The notes beneath the pieces are model-generated. The model saw nothing but the letters and a program-made list of their open reading frames with translations, did not search any database and was not told the origin of the DNA. This document shows, in pieces, positions 19,995 to 30,111 of a stretch of 64,000 nt of DNA. Numbering within the stretch: the first letter of the stretch is position 1; each line of letters begins with the position of its first letter. Origin of the DNA: Actinomycetes bacterium (GTDB lineage: Bacteria; Actinomycetota; Actinomycetes; Nanopelagicales; Nanopelagicaceae); contig JBFYOY010000037.1 in assembly GCA_041303575.1 (NCBI GenBank), positions 10,711 through 74,710 of the forward strand. Direction: 5' to 3'. The translations under genes were made by a program, and so were the position numbers.

Positions 19995-20928
19995 GGTTAC
20001 CTACCAACGCTTCTAAATGATCGATGATCAAATTCTTAAGAGATTCTGGTTCTTGAACTATTACATCTAAACCGTGCCAAAGGATGAGCGCTGAAAGTGA
20101 TTCGAGGTTGAAGATTGGAATCTTAAGTTGATCCCATTCACCTAAAGATTGAAGTGAAGACGCTAGTGCGCGCAGAGCAGCACCTTTACCCTTTCGAAGA
20201 TCGATCACTGCAAATCCGTTGGGGTTCATCACACTGACTGAAGCTTTAGCAGAAAACCCTTCTGGTATTTCAAACCCTGATGGTGTATCCCCTGCAGTGA
20301 TTTGGTTTCTGATGCGATCTAGTCGGAAGGTGCGAATCTCCTGAACATCTTGATCAACCCCTGCTATGTACCAAAACCCACTTCGAGATGAAAGCGAGAG
20401 AGGAACCACTTTGCGATCGGTAGTGGATAAATTCGCATCCAAGTACTCAAAACTAATTTGCTGATGTGATGCAATCGCCTTGCTAATCAGAGAAATATCC
20501 TGACCGCCATCATCGAGTTTGTGAACGGCAATTGGAATCAATAACTCATCGCCTGGAATTCCCATAGATTTCAACTTTAAGAGAGCGCTCTGCGCAACAT
20601 CTCCAAATGATGCTTCCTGCCAAGCCTGCGCCGCAAGAGAAAGCAGTGAAACTTCAACTGGTGTTATCTCACCCAAATCAAATTGATACTTTTCCTGCTT
20701 AATTCGGTATCCAGCTTCATCGCTAAAGAGAGGATCAAAGCTACCAACCTCAATTTCAATTCCTAAGGAGCGGAGATCATCCTTGTCACGCTCAAACATT
20801 CTTTCTTTACTTTCAGCGCTACCTTCATAGCCTTCGATCGTCTTAAAAATTTCAGATCTTGTTAAGTATCTCTTCGTTGCAAGCAGTGCGATAGTTAGAT
20901 TGATTAACCGTTCAATCTTCCGAGACAC
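19987..20928 (-). CDS. pafB: HTH-WYL transcription factor PafB
   Basis: ERLINLTIALL, RMFERDKDDLR, WYIAG, RTFRLDRI; start GTG 20928 or 20937. Confidence 0.9.
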   Translation of the reverse strand: MSRKIERLINLTIALLATKRYLTRSEIFKTIEGYEGSAESKERMFERDKDDLRSLGIEIEVGSFDPLFSDEAGYRIKQEKYQFDLGEITPVEVSLLSLAAQAWQEASFGDVAQSALLKLKSMGIPGDELLIPIAVHKLDDGGQDISLISKAIASHQQISFEYLDANLSTTDRKVVPLSLSSRSGFWYIAGVDQDVQEIRTFRLDRIRNQITAGDTPSGFEIPEGFSAKASVSVMNPNGFAVIDLRKGKGAALRALASSLQSLGEWDQLKIPIFNLESLSALILWHGLDVIVQEPESLKNLIIDHLEALVGNHG

Positions 20929-21763
20929 CGTATGCACCCTTCGCCGGACGACGACGTCTAGCTAGAACTTCAACGCCAGGGGCCATTCTGCGGCTTTGAA
21001 TGAGGAATCCTGTGTGTCCGATCATTCTCTGTTGAGGACGAACAGCTAGACCTTCATGGTGCCAGCCTCGAACCAATGTTTCTGAACTCTCTGGCTCGGT
21101 GAATCTGCCATCCTCTTTAAGCGCCTCAGCTGTTGCCGACAACTGAGTGGTTGTAGCGACATAGGCCAGAAATACTCCCCCGGGACGCAAGGCGCGTGCT
21201 GCAATATCGACACATTCCCAAGGTGCAAGCATGTCTAAAACAACACGATCAAACTCAGATTCAAAGCTTTGATCCTGTAGATCCCCAACGATTAAAGACC
21301 AATTGGCGGGTGCGCCTTCAAAGTATGAGTCAACATTTGAACGGGCGTTCTCTGCAAAATCTGCACGACGTTCAACTGAGTGCACCTTTCCCGTTGGACC
21401 TGTTGCACGGAGAAGAGAGATGGTTAACGCTCCGCTTCCGACACCCGCTTCCAGAACTCGAGATCCTGGATAAATATCGGCCACGCCAACGATCATCGCT
21501 GCATCCTTGGGATAAACGATCGTTGCACCCCGAGGCATTGTTAAAACATAATCTGCGAGCAAGGGTTTGAATGCGGTGAACTTTAAACCTGCGGTTGTAC
21601 TGACAACTGATCCTTCAGGCATTCCGATGAGTTCATCATGAGTGATCCAACCCTTGTGTGTGTGCCACTCCTTGCCTGGTGTGATGGTGAAGCTATAAAG
21701 CTTTCCTTTGGGATCGGTCAATTGAATGCGATCCCCAGCTCCGAAATACCCAAGATTAGACAC
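20912..21763 (-). CDS. trmI: tRNA (adenine-N1, A58)-methyltransferase
   Basis: MPRGATIVYPKD, EAGVGSGAL, LDMLAPW, GHTGFL. Confidence 0.93.
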   Translation of the reverse strand: MSNLGYFGAGDRIQLTDPKGKLYSFTITPGKEWHTHKGWITHDELIGMPEGSVVSTTAGLKFTAFKPLLADYVLTMPRGATIVYPKDAAMIVGVADIYPGSRVLEAGVGSGALTISLLRATGPTGKVHSVERRADFAENARSNVDSYFEGAPANWSLIVGDLQDQSFESEFDRVVLDMLAPWECVDIAARALRPGGVFLAYVATTTQLSATAEALKEDGRFTEPESSETLVRGWHHEGLAVRPQQRMIGHTGFLIQSRRMAPGVEVLARRRRPAKGAYGVSED

Positions 21764-21814
21764 GGGAGCATCTTAGGCGATTATCGCCATCAAAGTACGA
21801 GTATCTTCATCCAG

Positions 21815-22579
21815 GTGAGTCAAGAGAATAGTCTGCGATTATCGCCAAGTGCGGTCAGCGAGTATGAAAACTGCCCGCAGCTGTACAAGTATCGCAAGAT
21901 CGACAAACTCCCTGAGCCCCCATCCTTGGATGCAGAACGTGGCACATTGGTTCACACAATCTTGCAGGATTTATTTGAGTTTCCGAGTCAGGAACGAACT
22001 CCACAAACTGCGATAGATCTTTTGCCCTCTCGCTGGGCGGCACAGCTAGAAGGAAAACCAGCCCTCCTTGAGATGGTTACAAATGAGAAAGAGTGGTTGG
22101 ATCGTGCCTCAGCACTTCTGACTACCTACTTCACTCTCGAAAATCCTTCCACCTTTGAGGCAACTCATCGCGAGATGCACTTAGAAAATGATTTCGATAC
22201 AGATGTTTATCTCCATGGATATGTGGACAGACTTGATGTTGCACCAACTGGTGAGGTGCGAATCGTGGATTATAAAACTGGAAAATCTCCTAAACCAGGT
22301 TGGGAAGAGAAGGCGCTTTTTCAACTGCGGGTATACGCACTTTTGTACTGGAAAAACACAGGCGTTCTCCCCCGGTTGCTGCAATTAATTTATCTTGGCG
22401 ATGGCCGAATTGTAAAAAGTAACCCCAAGCTCTCAGATATTGAATCTGCTGAAAAAGTCCTAAAGAGGGTCGCAAAGGATATTTTCATATCCACCGAAAA
22501 AGATTACTGGCCACCAAAGCCTTCACGACTGTGCGATTGGTGTTACTTTAAAAAGATCTGTCCCGCACATAACGATTAA
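21815..22579 (+). CDS. RecB-family PD-(D/E)XK nuclease with Fe-S staple (Rv2119-like)
   Basis: LSPS..CP, GTLVH, GYVDRLD, DYKTG, QL..Y, CDWC...C; GTG 21815 follows TATCTT-N7, whereas the track start overlaps trmI. Confidence 0.88.
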   Translation: MSQENSLRLSPSAVSEYENCPQLYKYRKIDKLPEPPSLDAERGTLVHTILQDLFEFPSQERTPQTAIDLLPSRWAAQLEGKPALLEMVTNEKEWLDRASALLTTYFTLENPSTFEATHREMHLENDFDTDVYLHGYVDRLDVAPTGEVRIVDYKTGKSPKPGWEEKALFQLRVYALLYWKNTGVLPRLLQLIYLGDGRIVKSNPKLSDIESAEKVLKRVAKDIFISTEKDYWPPKPSRLCDWCYFKKICPAHND

Positions 22580-23256
22580 ATAGCAGATGAAAAATCGTTG
22601 TGAAGTTGTTGCAACTTTTGAAAATCTAACTGTTTCAAAGATTTAATTACTCGAACTCTTGATGACTCTTCAATTGATACAAGATGCGGAACAGCAATTA
22701 AATAGGCACCGCTAGCTGTTGCCGCATTCATTCCTGTTAATGAGTCCTCAAAAACCAAGCAATTTGTTATCTCTGATTGACTGATACCGGCAGCTTTCAG
22801 ATAGCAATCAGGATGTGGTTTTGTGTTTGCGACATCATCAGAGCTTATTGAAAAGGGAAAAAGGTCATGGCCCAGGTTGTCCAAGACCGCATCCACTATA
22901 TTGCGCGGGCTAGCAGAAACCAAGGCAGTTTTTACTCCGTGTGATTGAAGATTGCGAACTAATTCAACTGCGCCCGGCATAGTTGGTGTGTTGCCTCGCA
23001 TTTTTTGCGCCTGTACCCGAATCAACTCTTGAGTAAAGAAGGAAGGAGATTGCACCTGGCCACACTTGTCATACATATATTGACCAACACGTGAAAGCGG
23101 TCCTCCTAGACAGGCAATCTGGTCAGATTCCACCCATGTGTAACCAAAAGGCTTGGTTACCTCTATCTCTGATTGAAACCATTCTGGCTCGGAATCAACC
23201 ATGAGCCCATCCATATCAAAGAAAACTGCATCAAAAAAGGTGCCCACATCGATCAC
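22576..23256 (-). CDS. HAD-family phosphatase
   Basis: FDMDGLMVDSE, KPHPD, FEDS. Confidence 0.88.
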   Translation of the reverse strand: MIDVGTFFDAVFFDMDGLMVDSEPEWFQSEIEVTKPFGYTWVESDQIACLGGPLSRVGQYMYDKCGQVQSPSFFTQELIRVQAQKMRGNTPTMPGAVELVRNLQSHGVKTALVSASPRNIVDAVLDNLGHDLFPFSISSDDVANTKPHPDCYLKAAGISQSEITNCLVFEDSLTGMNAATASGAYLIAVPHLVSIEESSRVRVIKSLKQLDFQKLQQLHNDFSSAI

Positions 23257-26200
23257 TAATTGGCGTTGAAGTACTTAGCTTCAGGGTGGTGAACAATGAT
23301 TGCAGATGTCGATTGTTCTGGGTGTAGCTGGAACTCCTCTGATAGCTCAACCCCAATTCGTGATGGATCCAGCAACTCACATAACTGAACCTGTTGCTCC
23401 AGATCCGGACAAGCAGGATAACCAAATGAGTACCGCGAACCTCTATAACCCTGGTCGAGAATTCCTTGTAGATCGGAGGAATCATCTGACTTAACGGAAA
23501 GCTCTTCGCGAATACGTCCATGCCAATGTTCCGCCAAACTCTCCGTTAGTTGCACAGATAATCCATGCAACTCCAGGTACTCACGATAGTTATTTGCCGC
23601 AAATAGTTTTGCAGCAGCATCGCTAACAGTTGAACCCATAGTCACAACGTGGAATGCCACCACATCTGTCTTTCCAGAATCTTTTGAGACAAAAAAGTCA
23701 CTGATGCAAAGTCGTCGGTCACGAGTTTGGCGTGGGAAGGTGAAGCGAGTTCGTTCCTTGCCTTTGTCCTCGCCCTCGTGATGAAGGATTACTAGATCAT
23801 TACCTTCGCTGTAGCAAGGAAAGTATCCATAAACCACAGCTGCATTGAGCCAACCATTGGCTTGAACCTCATTGAGCAATGAGCGCAAACGTGGTCGGCC
23901 CTCACTCTCAACCATGTTTTCATACTCGCCACGGTTACCCTTTAATCCCCATTGCCCTACAAATAACGCTCGCTCATCCAACATTCCGGCGTAATCACTG
24001 AGTTGAATACCTTTAACTACACGTGATCCAAAAAATGGCGGGACAGGAATATCGACATCGACCGCGACATCACTTCTGGAGGTGTCGATCGGTAGATCCT
24101 CTGATTTAAGACGCGTGTTAGCAACCTTGCGTTCGCGAAGTGCAGGTAGCGCAGCTCCTGGCTCACCACGCTTAACAGCCATGATTGAATCCATAAGGCG
24201 CAAACCTTCAAATGCATCACGTGCGTAGCGAACTTCGCCTGGAAAGATTGAAGCCAGATCTTGTTCAACATAGGCACGAGTAAGTGCAGCGCCACCTAAA
24301 ACAATTGGCCATTTTTGATCTAGACCACGAGCTGTAATCTCTTCGAGATTCTCTTTCATGATTACAGTTGATTTAACCAGCAAACCGCTCATACCGATTG
24401 CATCAGCTTTGGATTCCGTCGCACCATCGATGATTTGATTAATGGTCTGCTTGATGCCGATATTTACAACACGGTAACCATTATTGGTAAGAATAATGTC
24501 AACAAGGTTCTTTCCAATGTCATGTACATCGCCCTTAACGGTAGCTAGCAACATAGTGCCGCGACCCTCATCACCAGTTTTTTCCATAAATGGTTCAAGA
24601 ATTGCAACCGCCGTCTTCATGACCTCTGCGCTCTGCAATACAAAGGGAAGCTGCATCTCGCCCTTGCCGAAAAGCTCGCCGACAACCTTCATGCCCTCAA
24701 GTAAGTGGCTGTTGATGATTTCTAGAGGTGGAGTGCCGGTGGCCATGGCCTCGTTGAGATCATCTTCGAGACCAACCTTTTCACCATCAATGATGCGACG
24801 CTGAAGTCTTTCAAACAACGGAAGTGCGGCTAGTGCTTCTGCTCGGGCATTTTTGCTTGTCGCAAGCTCTACTCCATCAAATAACTGCAAAAACTCTTGT
24901 AGCGGATCATATGTACATTCATCGCCATCAAAGGTGCGACGGTCATAGATAAGGTCAAGAGCTACCTGGCGTTGACGCTCATCGATGCGTGCCATTGGGG
25001 TAATTTTTGATGGGTGAACGATTGCCGAATCCAGGCCAGCTTGGACACATTCGTGCAGGAAGACAGAGTTAAGCACAACTCGAGCCGCAGCGTTAAGACC
25101 AAAGGAAACATTGCTAACACCTAAAGTTGTTTGTACCTCTGGAAACTCAACCTTTAACTGTCTAATCGCGTTAATGGTCTCAATTCCATCTTTGCGTGTT
25201 TCTTCTTGACCTGTAGCGATTGGAAATGTGAGGCAATCAATCAGAATGTCCCCCACCTTCATTCCCCAATTGTCGTGAAGATCATGAATCAATCTGCGAG
25301 CAACTCGTAACTTCCATTCAGCATCACGAGCTTGGCCTTCTTCATCAATAGTCAATGCAACTACGCTGGCTCCATGCTCTTTAACCAAGGGCATAATCTT
25401 TGCAAATCTCGAACTCGGACCATCGCCATCCTCATAATTAACAGAGTTAATAACACAGCGTCCACCTAAGTGTTCCAAGCCAGCTTTGAGAACAGCTGGT
25501 TCAGTTGAATCAAGAACAATAGGCAAAGTGCTAGAGGTCGCAAAACGAGAAGCCAGCTGACTCATATCTTTTGCACCATCGCGGCCAACGTAATCGACAG
25601 ATAGATCGAGCATATGTGCTCCATCACGAATCTGATCACGTGCTATTTCGACACACTTCTCCCAATCCTCAGCTAACAAGGCATCTCTGAAAGCGCGAGA
25701 GCCATTGGCATTTGTGCGCTCACCAATTGCTAAATAAGTCTTGTCTTGTCTAAAGGGAACGTACTGATAAAGAGAGGATGCTCCTGGATCTAATTCAGGT
25801 GTCCTTGAGGCAATAGCTTTGCCACTTACCTTTTTCACAACTGCAGAAAGGTGAGCCGGCGTTGTTCCACAGCAGCCTCCCACCAAAGAGATCCCGTAAT
25901 CATCGATGAATCCATCAAGAGCAATCGCTAACTCATCAGGCCCAAGTGGATAAGAAGCTCCATTTGCACCAAGAACTGGCAAGCCAGCATTAGGCATCAC
26001 AGAGATTGCGATCTTTGCATTTTTACTGAGGTATCTCAGATGCTCCGACATTTCCGTTGGACCGGTTGCGCAGTTGAGTCCAATGAGATCGATTCCCATA
26101 GGTTCAAGGGTGTTCAGAGCTGCTCCGATTTCAGAACCAAGCAACATGGTGCCAGTTGTTTCAACGGTTACTTGGGCGATCAAAACGATGTCACGATTAG

Positions 26201-26756
26201 ATTCTTGGATAGCTTGGCGACATCCATTAACCGCCGCCTTTACCTGAAGTAAGTCTTGGGAGGTTTCGACAAGTAAAGCATCGCATCCAGAATCAGATAA
26301 ACCCTTGGCAGCGGTGTAGTAAGCAAGCTTGAGATTTTCATATGTTGTGTGACCAAGAGATGGAAGTTTGGTACCCGGTCCCAATGATCCAAGAACAAAG
26401 CGAGGTTTATCCTTTGTTGAAAAAGCATCGGCGGCATCGCGGGCAATCTTTCCGCCGGCGTATGCGAGCTCGTAGATTCTGTCTTCAATGCCGTAATCAG
26501 CAAGGTTGGACCAATTCGCGCCGAAGGTATTTGTCTCGATCGCATCTACACCTGCCGACAGGTACTCCTCATGAACTGAACGAACTATGTCGGGACGGCT
26601 GACATTAAGGATCTCATTGCATCCTTCATGATTTTGAAAATCCCCTAGGGTCGGATTGGCCGCTTGAAGCATGGTTCCCATCGCGCCATCGGCTACGACC
26701 ACCCGTTGAGCAAGGGTTCTACGCAACAACCCTGCTTCAATAGATGGAGTATTCAT
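23256..26756 (-). CDS. metH: Cobalamin-dependent methionine synthase
   Basis: DGAMGT, NCATG, GGCCG, B12 motif GDVHDIG..SGLL, RYSFGYPACP. Confidence 0.97.
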   Translation of the reverse strand: MNTPSIEAGLLRRTLAQRVVVADGAMGTMLQAANPTLGDFQNHEGCNEILNVSRPDIVRSVHEEYLSAGVDAIETNTFGANWSNLADYGIEDRIYELAYAGGKIARDAADAFSTKDKPRFVLGSLGPGTKLPSLGHTTYENLKLAYYTAAKGLSDSGCDALLVETSQDLLQVKAAVNGCRQAIQESNRDIVLIAQVTVETTGTMLLGSEIGAALNTLEPMGIDLIGLNCATGPTEMSEHLRYLSKNAKIAISVMPNAGLPVLGANGASYPLGPDELAIALDGFIDDYGISLVGGCCGTTPAHLSAVVKKVSGKAIASRTPELDPGASSLYQYVPFRQDKTYLAIGERTNANGSRAFRDALLAEDWEKCVEIARDQIRDGAHMLDLSVDYVGRDGAKDMSQLASRFATSSTLPIVLDSTEPAVLKAGLEHLGGRCVINSVNYEDGDGPSSRFAKIMPLVKEHGASVVALTIDEEGQARDAEWKLRVARRLIHDLHDNWGMKVGDILIDCLTFPIATGQEETRKDGIETINAIRQLKVEFPEVQTTLGVSNVSFGLNAAARVVLNSVFLHECVQAGLDSAIVHPSKITPMARIDERQRQVALDLIYDRRTFDGDECTYDPLQEFLQLFDGVELATSKNARAEALAALPLFERLQRRIIDGEKVGLEDDLNEAMATGTPPLEIINSHLLEGMKVVGELFGKGEMQLPFVLQSAEVMKTAVAILEPFMEKTGDEGRGTMLLATVKGDVHDIGKNLVDIILTNNGYRVVNIGIKQTINQIIDGATESKADAIGMSGLLVKSTVIMKENLEEITARGLDQKWPIVLGGAALTRAYVEQDLASIFPGEVRYARDAFEGLRLMDSIMAVKRGEPGAALPALRERKVANTRLKSEDLPIDTSRSDVAVDVDIPVPPFFGSRVVKGIQLSDYAGMLDERALFVGQWGLKGNRGEYENMVESEGRPRLRSLLNEVQANGWLNAAVVYGYFPCYSEGNDLVILHHEGEDKGKERTRFTFPRQTRDRRLCISDFFVSKDSGKTDVVAFHVVTMGSTVSDAAAKLFAANNYREYLELHGLSVQLTESLAEHWHGRIREELSVKSDDSSDLQGILDQGYRGSRYSFGYPACPDLEQQVQLCELLDPSRIGVELSEEFQLHPEQSTSAIIVHHPEAKYFNAN

Positions 26757-26785
26757 TTGACGAAGGTTACCTTAAGGTTGCTTTC

Positions 26786-27649
26786 ATGGAGATTCATCAG
26801 ATTCCTCTACTTCGCAATCCAGTCATGATTGTGGCTTTTTCAGGGTGGAATGATGCCGCTGAGGCTGCCTCTGGCGCTGTTGAGCATTTACTCTCTGGAT
26901 GGCGAGATAAGAGTGATGATGTTTTGCCAGAACTTATCGCCCAGGTTGAATCTGAAGATTTTTACGACTTTCAAGTCAATAGACCTCAGGTCTCGATCGA
27001 TGAATCGCAGATTAGAAGCATTACCTGGCCATCGACTCAAGTCTTCGGCCTTGCCGTACCTTCGATGCCACGTGATTTAGTTATCGTCACTGGAGTCGAA
27101 CCATCGATGCGGTGGAAGAGCTTTACCTCTGATCTATTAGATCTTGCCGATGATCTTGAGGTCTCGCTAGTTGTAACACTTGGTTCTTTACTTGCAGATA
27201 CTCCACACACAAGACCGATAACAGTTTCAGGAACTGGCGCACATCCATCGATTGCAGATCGCCTGGGTGTCTCGGTATCTAAATATGAAGGACCGACTGG
27301 AATTCTAGGAATCATTCAAGATGCTTGTTTGCGTCGAGGAGTTGACGCAATCTCTTTGTGGGCGGCAGTTCCTCATTACGCTGCATCATCACCTTCTCCA
27401 AAGGCAACACTTGCTTTAGTCAACACACTTGAAGAGTTCCTGGATGTCTCCATCCCTCTATCTGATTTGCCGGAGCGTGCAGATATCTGGGAAAAAGAAG
27501 TTAATGATCTTGCCGCTGAAGATTCAGAGGTAGCTGATTATGTGAAGGCTCTCGAAGAGAGCAAGGATGCGGCTGAACTTCCTGAGGTATCTGGCGACAG
27601 CATCGCTAAAGAGTTTGAGCGTTACCTTCGCAGACAAAAAGAGGATTAA
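26786..27649 (+). CDS. PAC2-family protein (ParJ/SCO1662-like)
   Basis: AFSGWNDAA, YDFQVNRP, EPSMRW, PHTRP, AAVPHY, EFERYL; ATG 26786 follows TAAGGT-N7. Confidence 0.85.
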   Translation: MEIHQIPLLRNPVMIVAFSGWNDAAEAASGAVEHLLSGWRDKSDDVLPELIAQVESEDFYDFQVNRPQVSIDESQIRSITWPSTQVFGLAVPSMPRDLVIVTGVEPSMRWKSFTSDLLDLADDLEVSLVVTLGSLLADTPHTRPITVSGTGAHPSIADRLGVSVSKYEGPTGILGIIQDACLRRGVDAISLWAAVPHYAASSPSPKATLALVNTLEEFLDVSIPLSDLPERADIWEKEVNDLAAEDSEVADYVKALEESKDAAELPEVSGDSIAKEFERYLRRQKED

Positions 27650-28887
27650 AGGTTCAGTCCTAATAACCCATCAAGTGCAAACCGTAGATCGGCGCTTGAT
27701 CCACCTTCGCCGCCAGCTAATGTGTCGGAACACCATTTCATTAGTATTGCAATTAATTGAGGAGTATCTAGATCGTCGCTGAGTGCGACTATCAATGAGG
27801 ATATGACTTCATCTGTCGGTGCGCAATTTTGTGCGCTAATCGCAATACGTAATTGATGCAACTGTTCTTCAGCTGTTTTCAGTAACGTATCACTCCACAT
27901 CCGATCGGATCGATAATGATCTGACATTAAAGCCCATCTAATCGCCATTGGATCTTTCCCGGCAGCTATCAACTTAGATACAAAGACAAGGTTCCCCTTG
28001 CTCTTACTCATCTTCTCGCCATCTAGCCCGATCATGCCGGTATGAACGTAAGATGAGGCTAACTCTTTGCCGGTAAGAACATGTGCTTGTGCGGCACACA
28101 TTTCATGGTGAGGAAAAATGAGATCGCTTCCGCCGCCTTGGATATCGATCAAAGTTTCATCCAGATCAGATGGATCCAGATACTTCAAAGCTATTGCGGT
28201 GCATTCGATATGCCAACCAGGTCTTCCAACTCCAAATGTGGATTCCCACCCTGGTTCATTTGGTCTTTGCGACATCCAGACCAAGCAATCCAGAGGGTCC
28301 CTCTTACCTGCTCGAGAAGGATCTCCCCCACGCTCTGAAAATATTGAAAGCATTTCCTCTTGCAACAAATGTGAACGAGATCCAAAGCGGCTATCGCTGT
28401 GAACTGAAAAGTACTTATCCGTGTCAACTGAATAGATGCTTGATAGAGAGGAAAGATCATCAATTGCTTGGACAACCAAAGGAATCGCTTCAACCGCACC
28501 TATGTAATGAACCGGTGGGATGACTCTGAGATGTTCCATGTCGCTTCGAAAGAGATCAATCTGCTGATGGGCTAAATCCCGCCAATCTAAACCATCTCGT
28601 ACTGCACGTTCTAGCAAAGGATCATCGATATCGGTGATGTTCTGGACATACTTAACCTCAGAACCTGTTGCGCGAAGGTACCTATTAATTAAATCAAAGG
28701 TCAAATAAGTGGCTGCATGCCCCAAGTGCGTCGCGTCATATGGAGTAATTCCACACACATACATTCGGTAAGTAGCCTTATGCTCCACGCCTTTTTTGAC
28801 ACGGGATGCGGTGTCAGACAGAAATAGCTGAGGAAAATTCCGCGTTCCTGTCAAGGATGGGATAGAAACTTCTGACCAAGAGTTCAT
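27646..28887 (-). CDS. mshC: Cys:GlcN-Ins ligase (mycothiol biosynthesis)
   Basis: CGITPYDATHLGH, PGWHIEC, GGSDLIFPHH, KMSKS; no anticodon-binding domain; mshC-cluster synteny. Confidence 0.92.
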   Translation of the reverse strand: MNSWSEVSIPSLTGTRNFPQLFLSDTASRVKKGVEHKATYRMYVCGITPYDATHLGHAATYLTFDLINRYLRATGSEVKYVQNITDIDDPLLERAVRDGLDWRDLAHQQIDLFRSDMEHLRVIPPVHYIGAVEAIPLVVQAIDDLSSLSSIYSVDTDKYFSVHSDSRFGSRSHLLQEEMLSIFSERGGDPSRAGKRDPLDCLVWMSQRPNEPGWESTFGVGRPGWHIECTAIALKYLDPSDLDETLIDIQGGGSDLIFPHHEMCAAQAHVLTGKELASSYVHTGMIGLDGEKMSKSKGNLVFVSKLIAAGKDPMAIRWALMSDHYRSDRMWSDTLLKTAEEQLHQLRIAISAQNCAPTDEVISSLIVALSDDLDTPQLIAILMKWCSDTLAGGEGGSSADLRFALDGLLGLNL

Positions 28888-28907
28888 AGGTTAATCGTAT
28901 GGCTTTC

Positions 28908-29618
28908 TTAGAAGGCGGGCCACGGAATCGCTGGCCAATTCGGATTGGGCAGCGGAAAACGTCCCTCTGAAAGCAAACGATCCACGCGCATAGATATTGC
29001 ATCAATCTCATCCTGCTTAAGAAAGGGCTTTAACTGCTCCCCTAATTCACCAGCTAAAAGTTGCTTCGCCTTTCGCAGAGATTGCAACTCTTGATCAGTT
29101 AACTCATCATCAGCCCACTGCCACAAAACGGTGCGTAACTTATCTTCAACATGGAAAGTCACCCCGTGATCACATCCATACACTTCATCGTGGCTGATCG
29201 GCAAAAGATGACCAATCTTGCGATCGGTGTTATTAACTATTGCATCAAACAAGGCCATCGATCTCAACCTCGGATTATCACTTGAGAAGAACACCGCCAA
29301 ATCAATTGACTCATCCAATGTAATCCACTCTTGAACCATGCCTGATCCATACGGCCCATCGCGCAAGATCGTCAAAGGGACGATATGAAAACCCAAACCC
29401 TGGCTTACTAGATATGCGGCGTACTCTCGGTGAGCCAATGATCCTTCGGGAAAATCCCACAATGGTCTTTCACCAGCAATTGGTTTGTAAATGCAGACAA
29501 TTTCTTGCTCATTCAAAGTTGAAGTCGCATACAAAGTCGCATTGGAAGCATCAACTAAACGTCCGGTAACTTTTAGAACTCCATCTGAAAGCACCTTGTG
29601 TTTATCGACGGTAGCCAT
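28908..29618 (-). CDS. SCO1664-family kinase-like protein
   Basis: ASNAT, YKP..GERPLWDFP.G.LA.RE, NNTDRK.GH, DHG, IPWPAF; start reassigned to ATG 29618. Confidence 0.85.
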   Translation of the reverse strand: MATVDKHKVLSDGVLKVTGRLVDASNATLYATSTLNEQEIVCIYKPIAGERPLWDFPEGSLAHREYAAYLVSQGLGFHIVPLTILRDGPYGSGMVQEWITLDESIDLAVFFSSDNPRLRSMALFDAIVNNTDRKIGHLLPISHDEVYGCDHGVTFHVEDKLRTVLWQWADDELTDQELQSLRKAKQLLAGELGEQLKPFLKQDEIDAISMRVDRLLSEGRFPLPNPNWPAIPWPAF

Positions 29619-30111
29619 TTGCCCTCGGACACAGATGCCCACGTGGATCAATAGGTATTGAACAGAATGGGCAGGGCAATCGGCCTGCATTAACAACCGC
29701 CTTGGAGCGATTAGCAAAACTAACCGCCATACCCAGGGAAAGGTGTACCTCCAGCGCCCCACCTTGGGACTCTTCCTCATCATCTTCAAGTTCATACATC
29801 TCAAAGCTGATTACCGATGTCTCATCATCCCAAGCTAGTGAGATTGCACCTACCTGGAACTCTTCTTCCACTGGTGTCTCTAGAGGAGCATCATCCTTAG
29901 ATTGCATCTCAATTGGGATTAATGGGTTTGCTTTTCTAACTTCGGCGATCATCAGCTCTAGACGATTAGCGATTGCTTGTACTTGAGCTTTCTCGACTGC
30001 AACGCTGACAACATTATTGTCGGATCTGACCTGTAAATAAAATGCTCGTTCACCTGGCTGTCCCACGGTACCTGCAACAAATCGCTGCGGATTAGTAAAC
30101 CGGTGCCTCAC
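29602..30111 (-). CDS. DUF3090-family protein
   Basis: RFVAGTVGQPGERAFYLQ and C-terminal GR.PCPFC..PIDP.GHLCPR.NG. Confidence 0.88.
   Translation of the reverse strand: MRHRFTNPQRFVAGTVGQPGERAFYLQVRSDNNVVSVAVEKAQVQAIANRLELMIAEVRKANPLIPIEMQSKDDAPLETPVEEEFQVGAISLAWDDETSVISFEMYELEDDEEESQGGALEVHLSLGMAVSFANRSKAVVNAGRLPCPFCSIPIDPRGHLCPRANGYRR

Noticed and set aside
19077-20928. Tandem WYL proteins as an anti-phage defence locus
   Set aside because: Motifs and tatAC-helY synteny identify them as housekeeping PafB and PafC.
21815-22579. Cas4-like nuclease suggesting a CRISPR system
   Set aside because: It is the conserved stand-alone RecB-family gene next to trmI; no cas1/cas2 or repeat-spacer array is visible in the window.
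3782-29676. GGGNAGGG KOPS polarity around dif
   Set aside because: Copies were noticed on the + strand on both sides of dif (about 3782 and 29669); too few and not polarised, so a computed skew test is needed.
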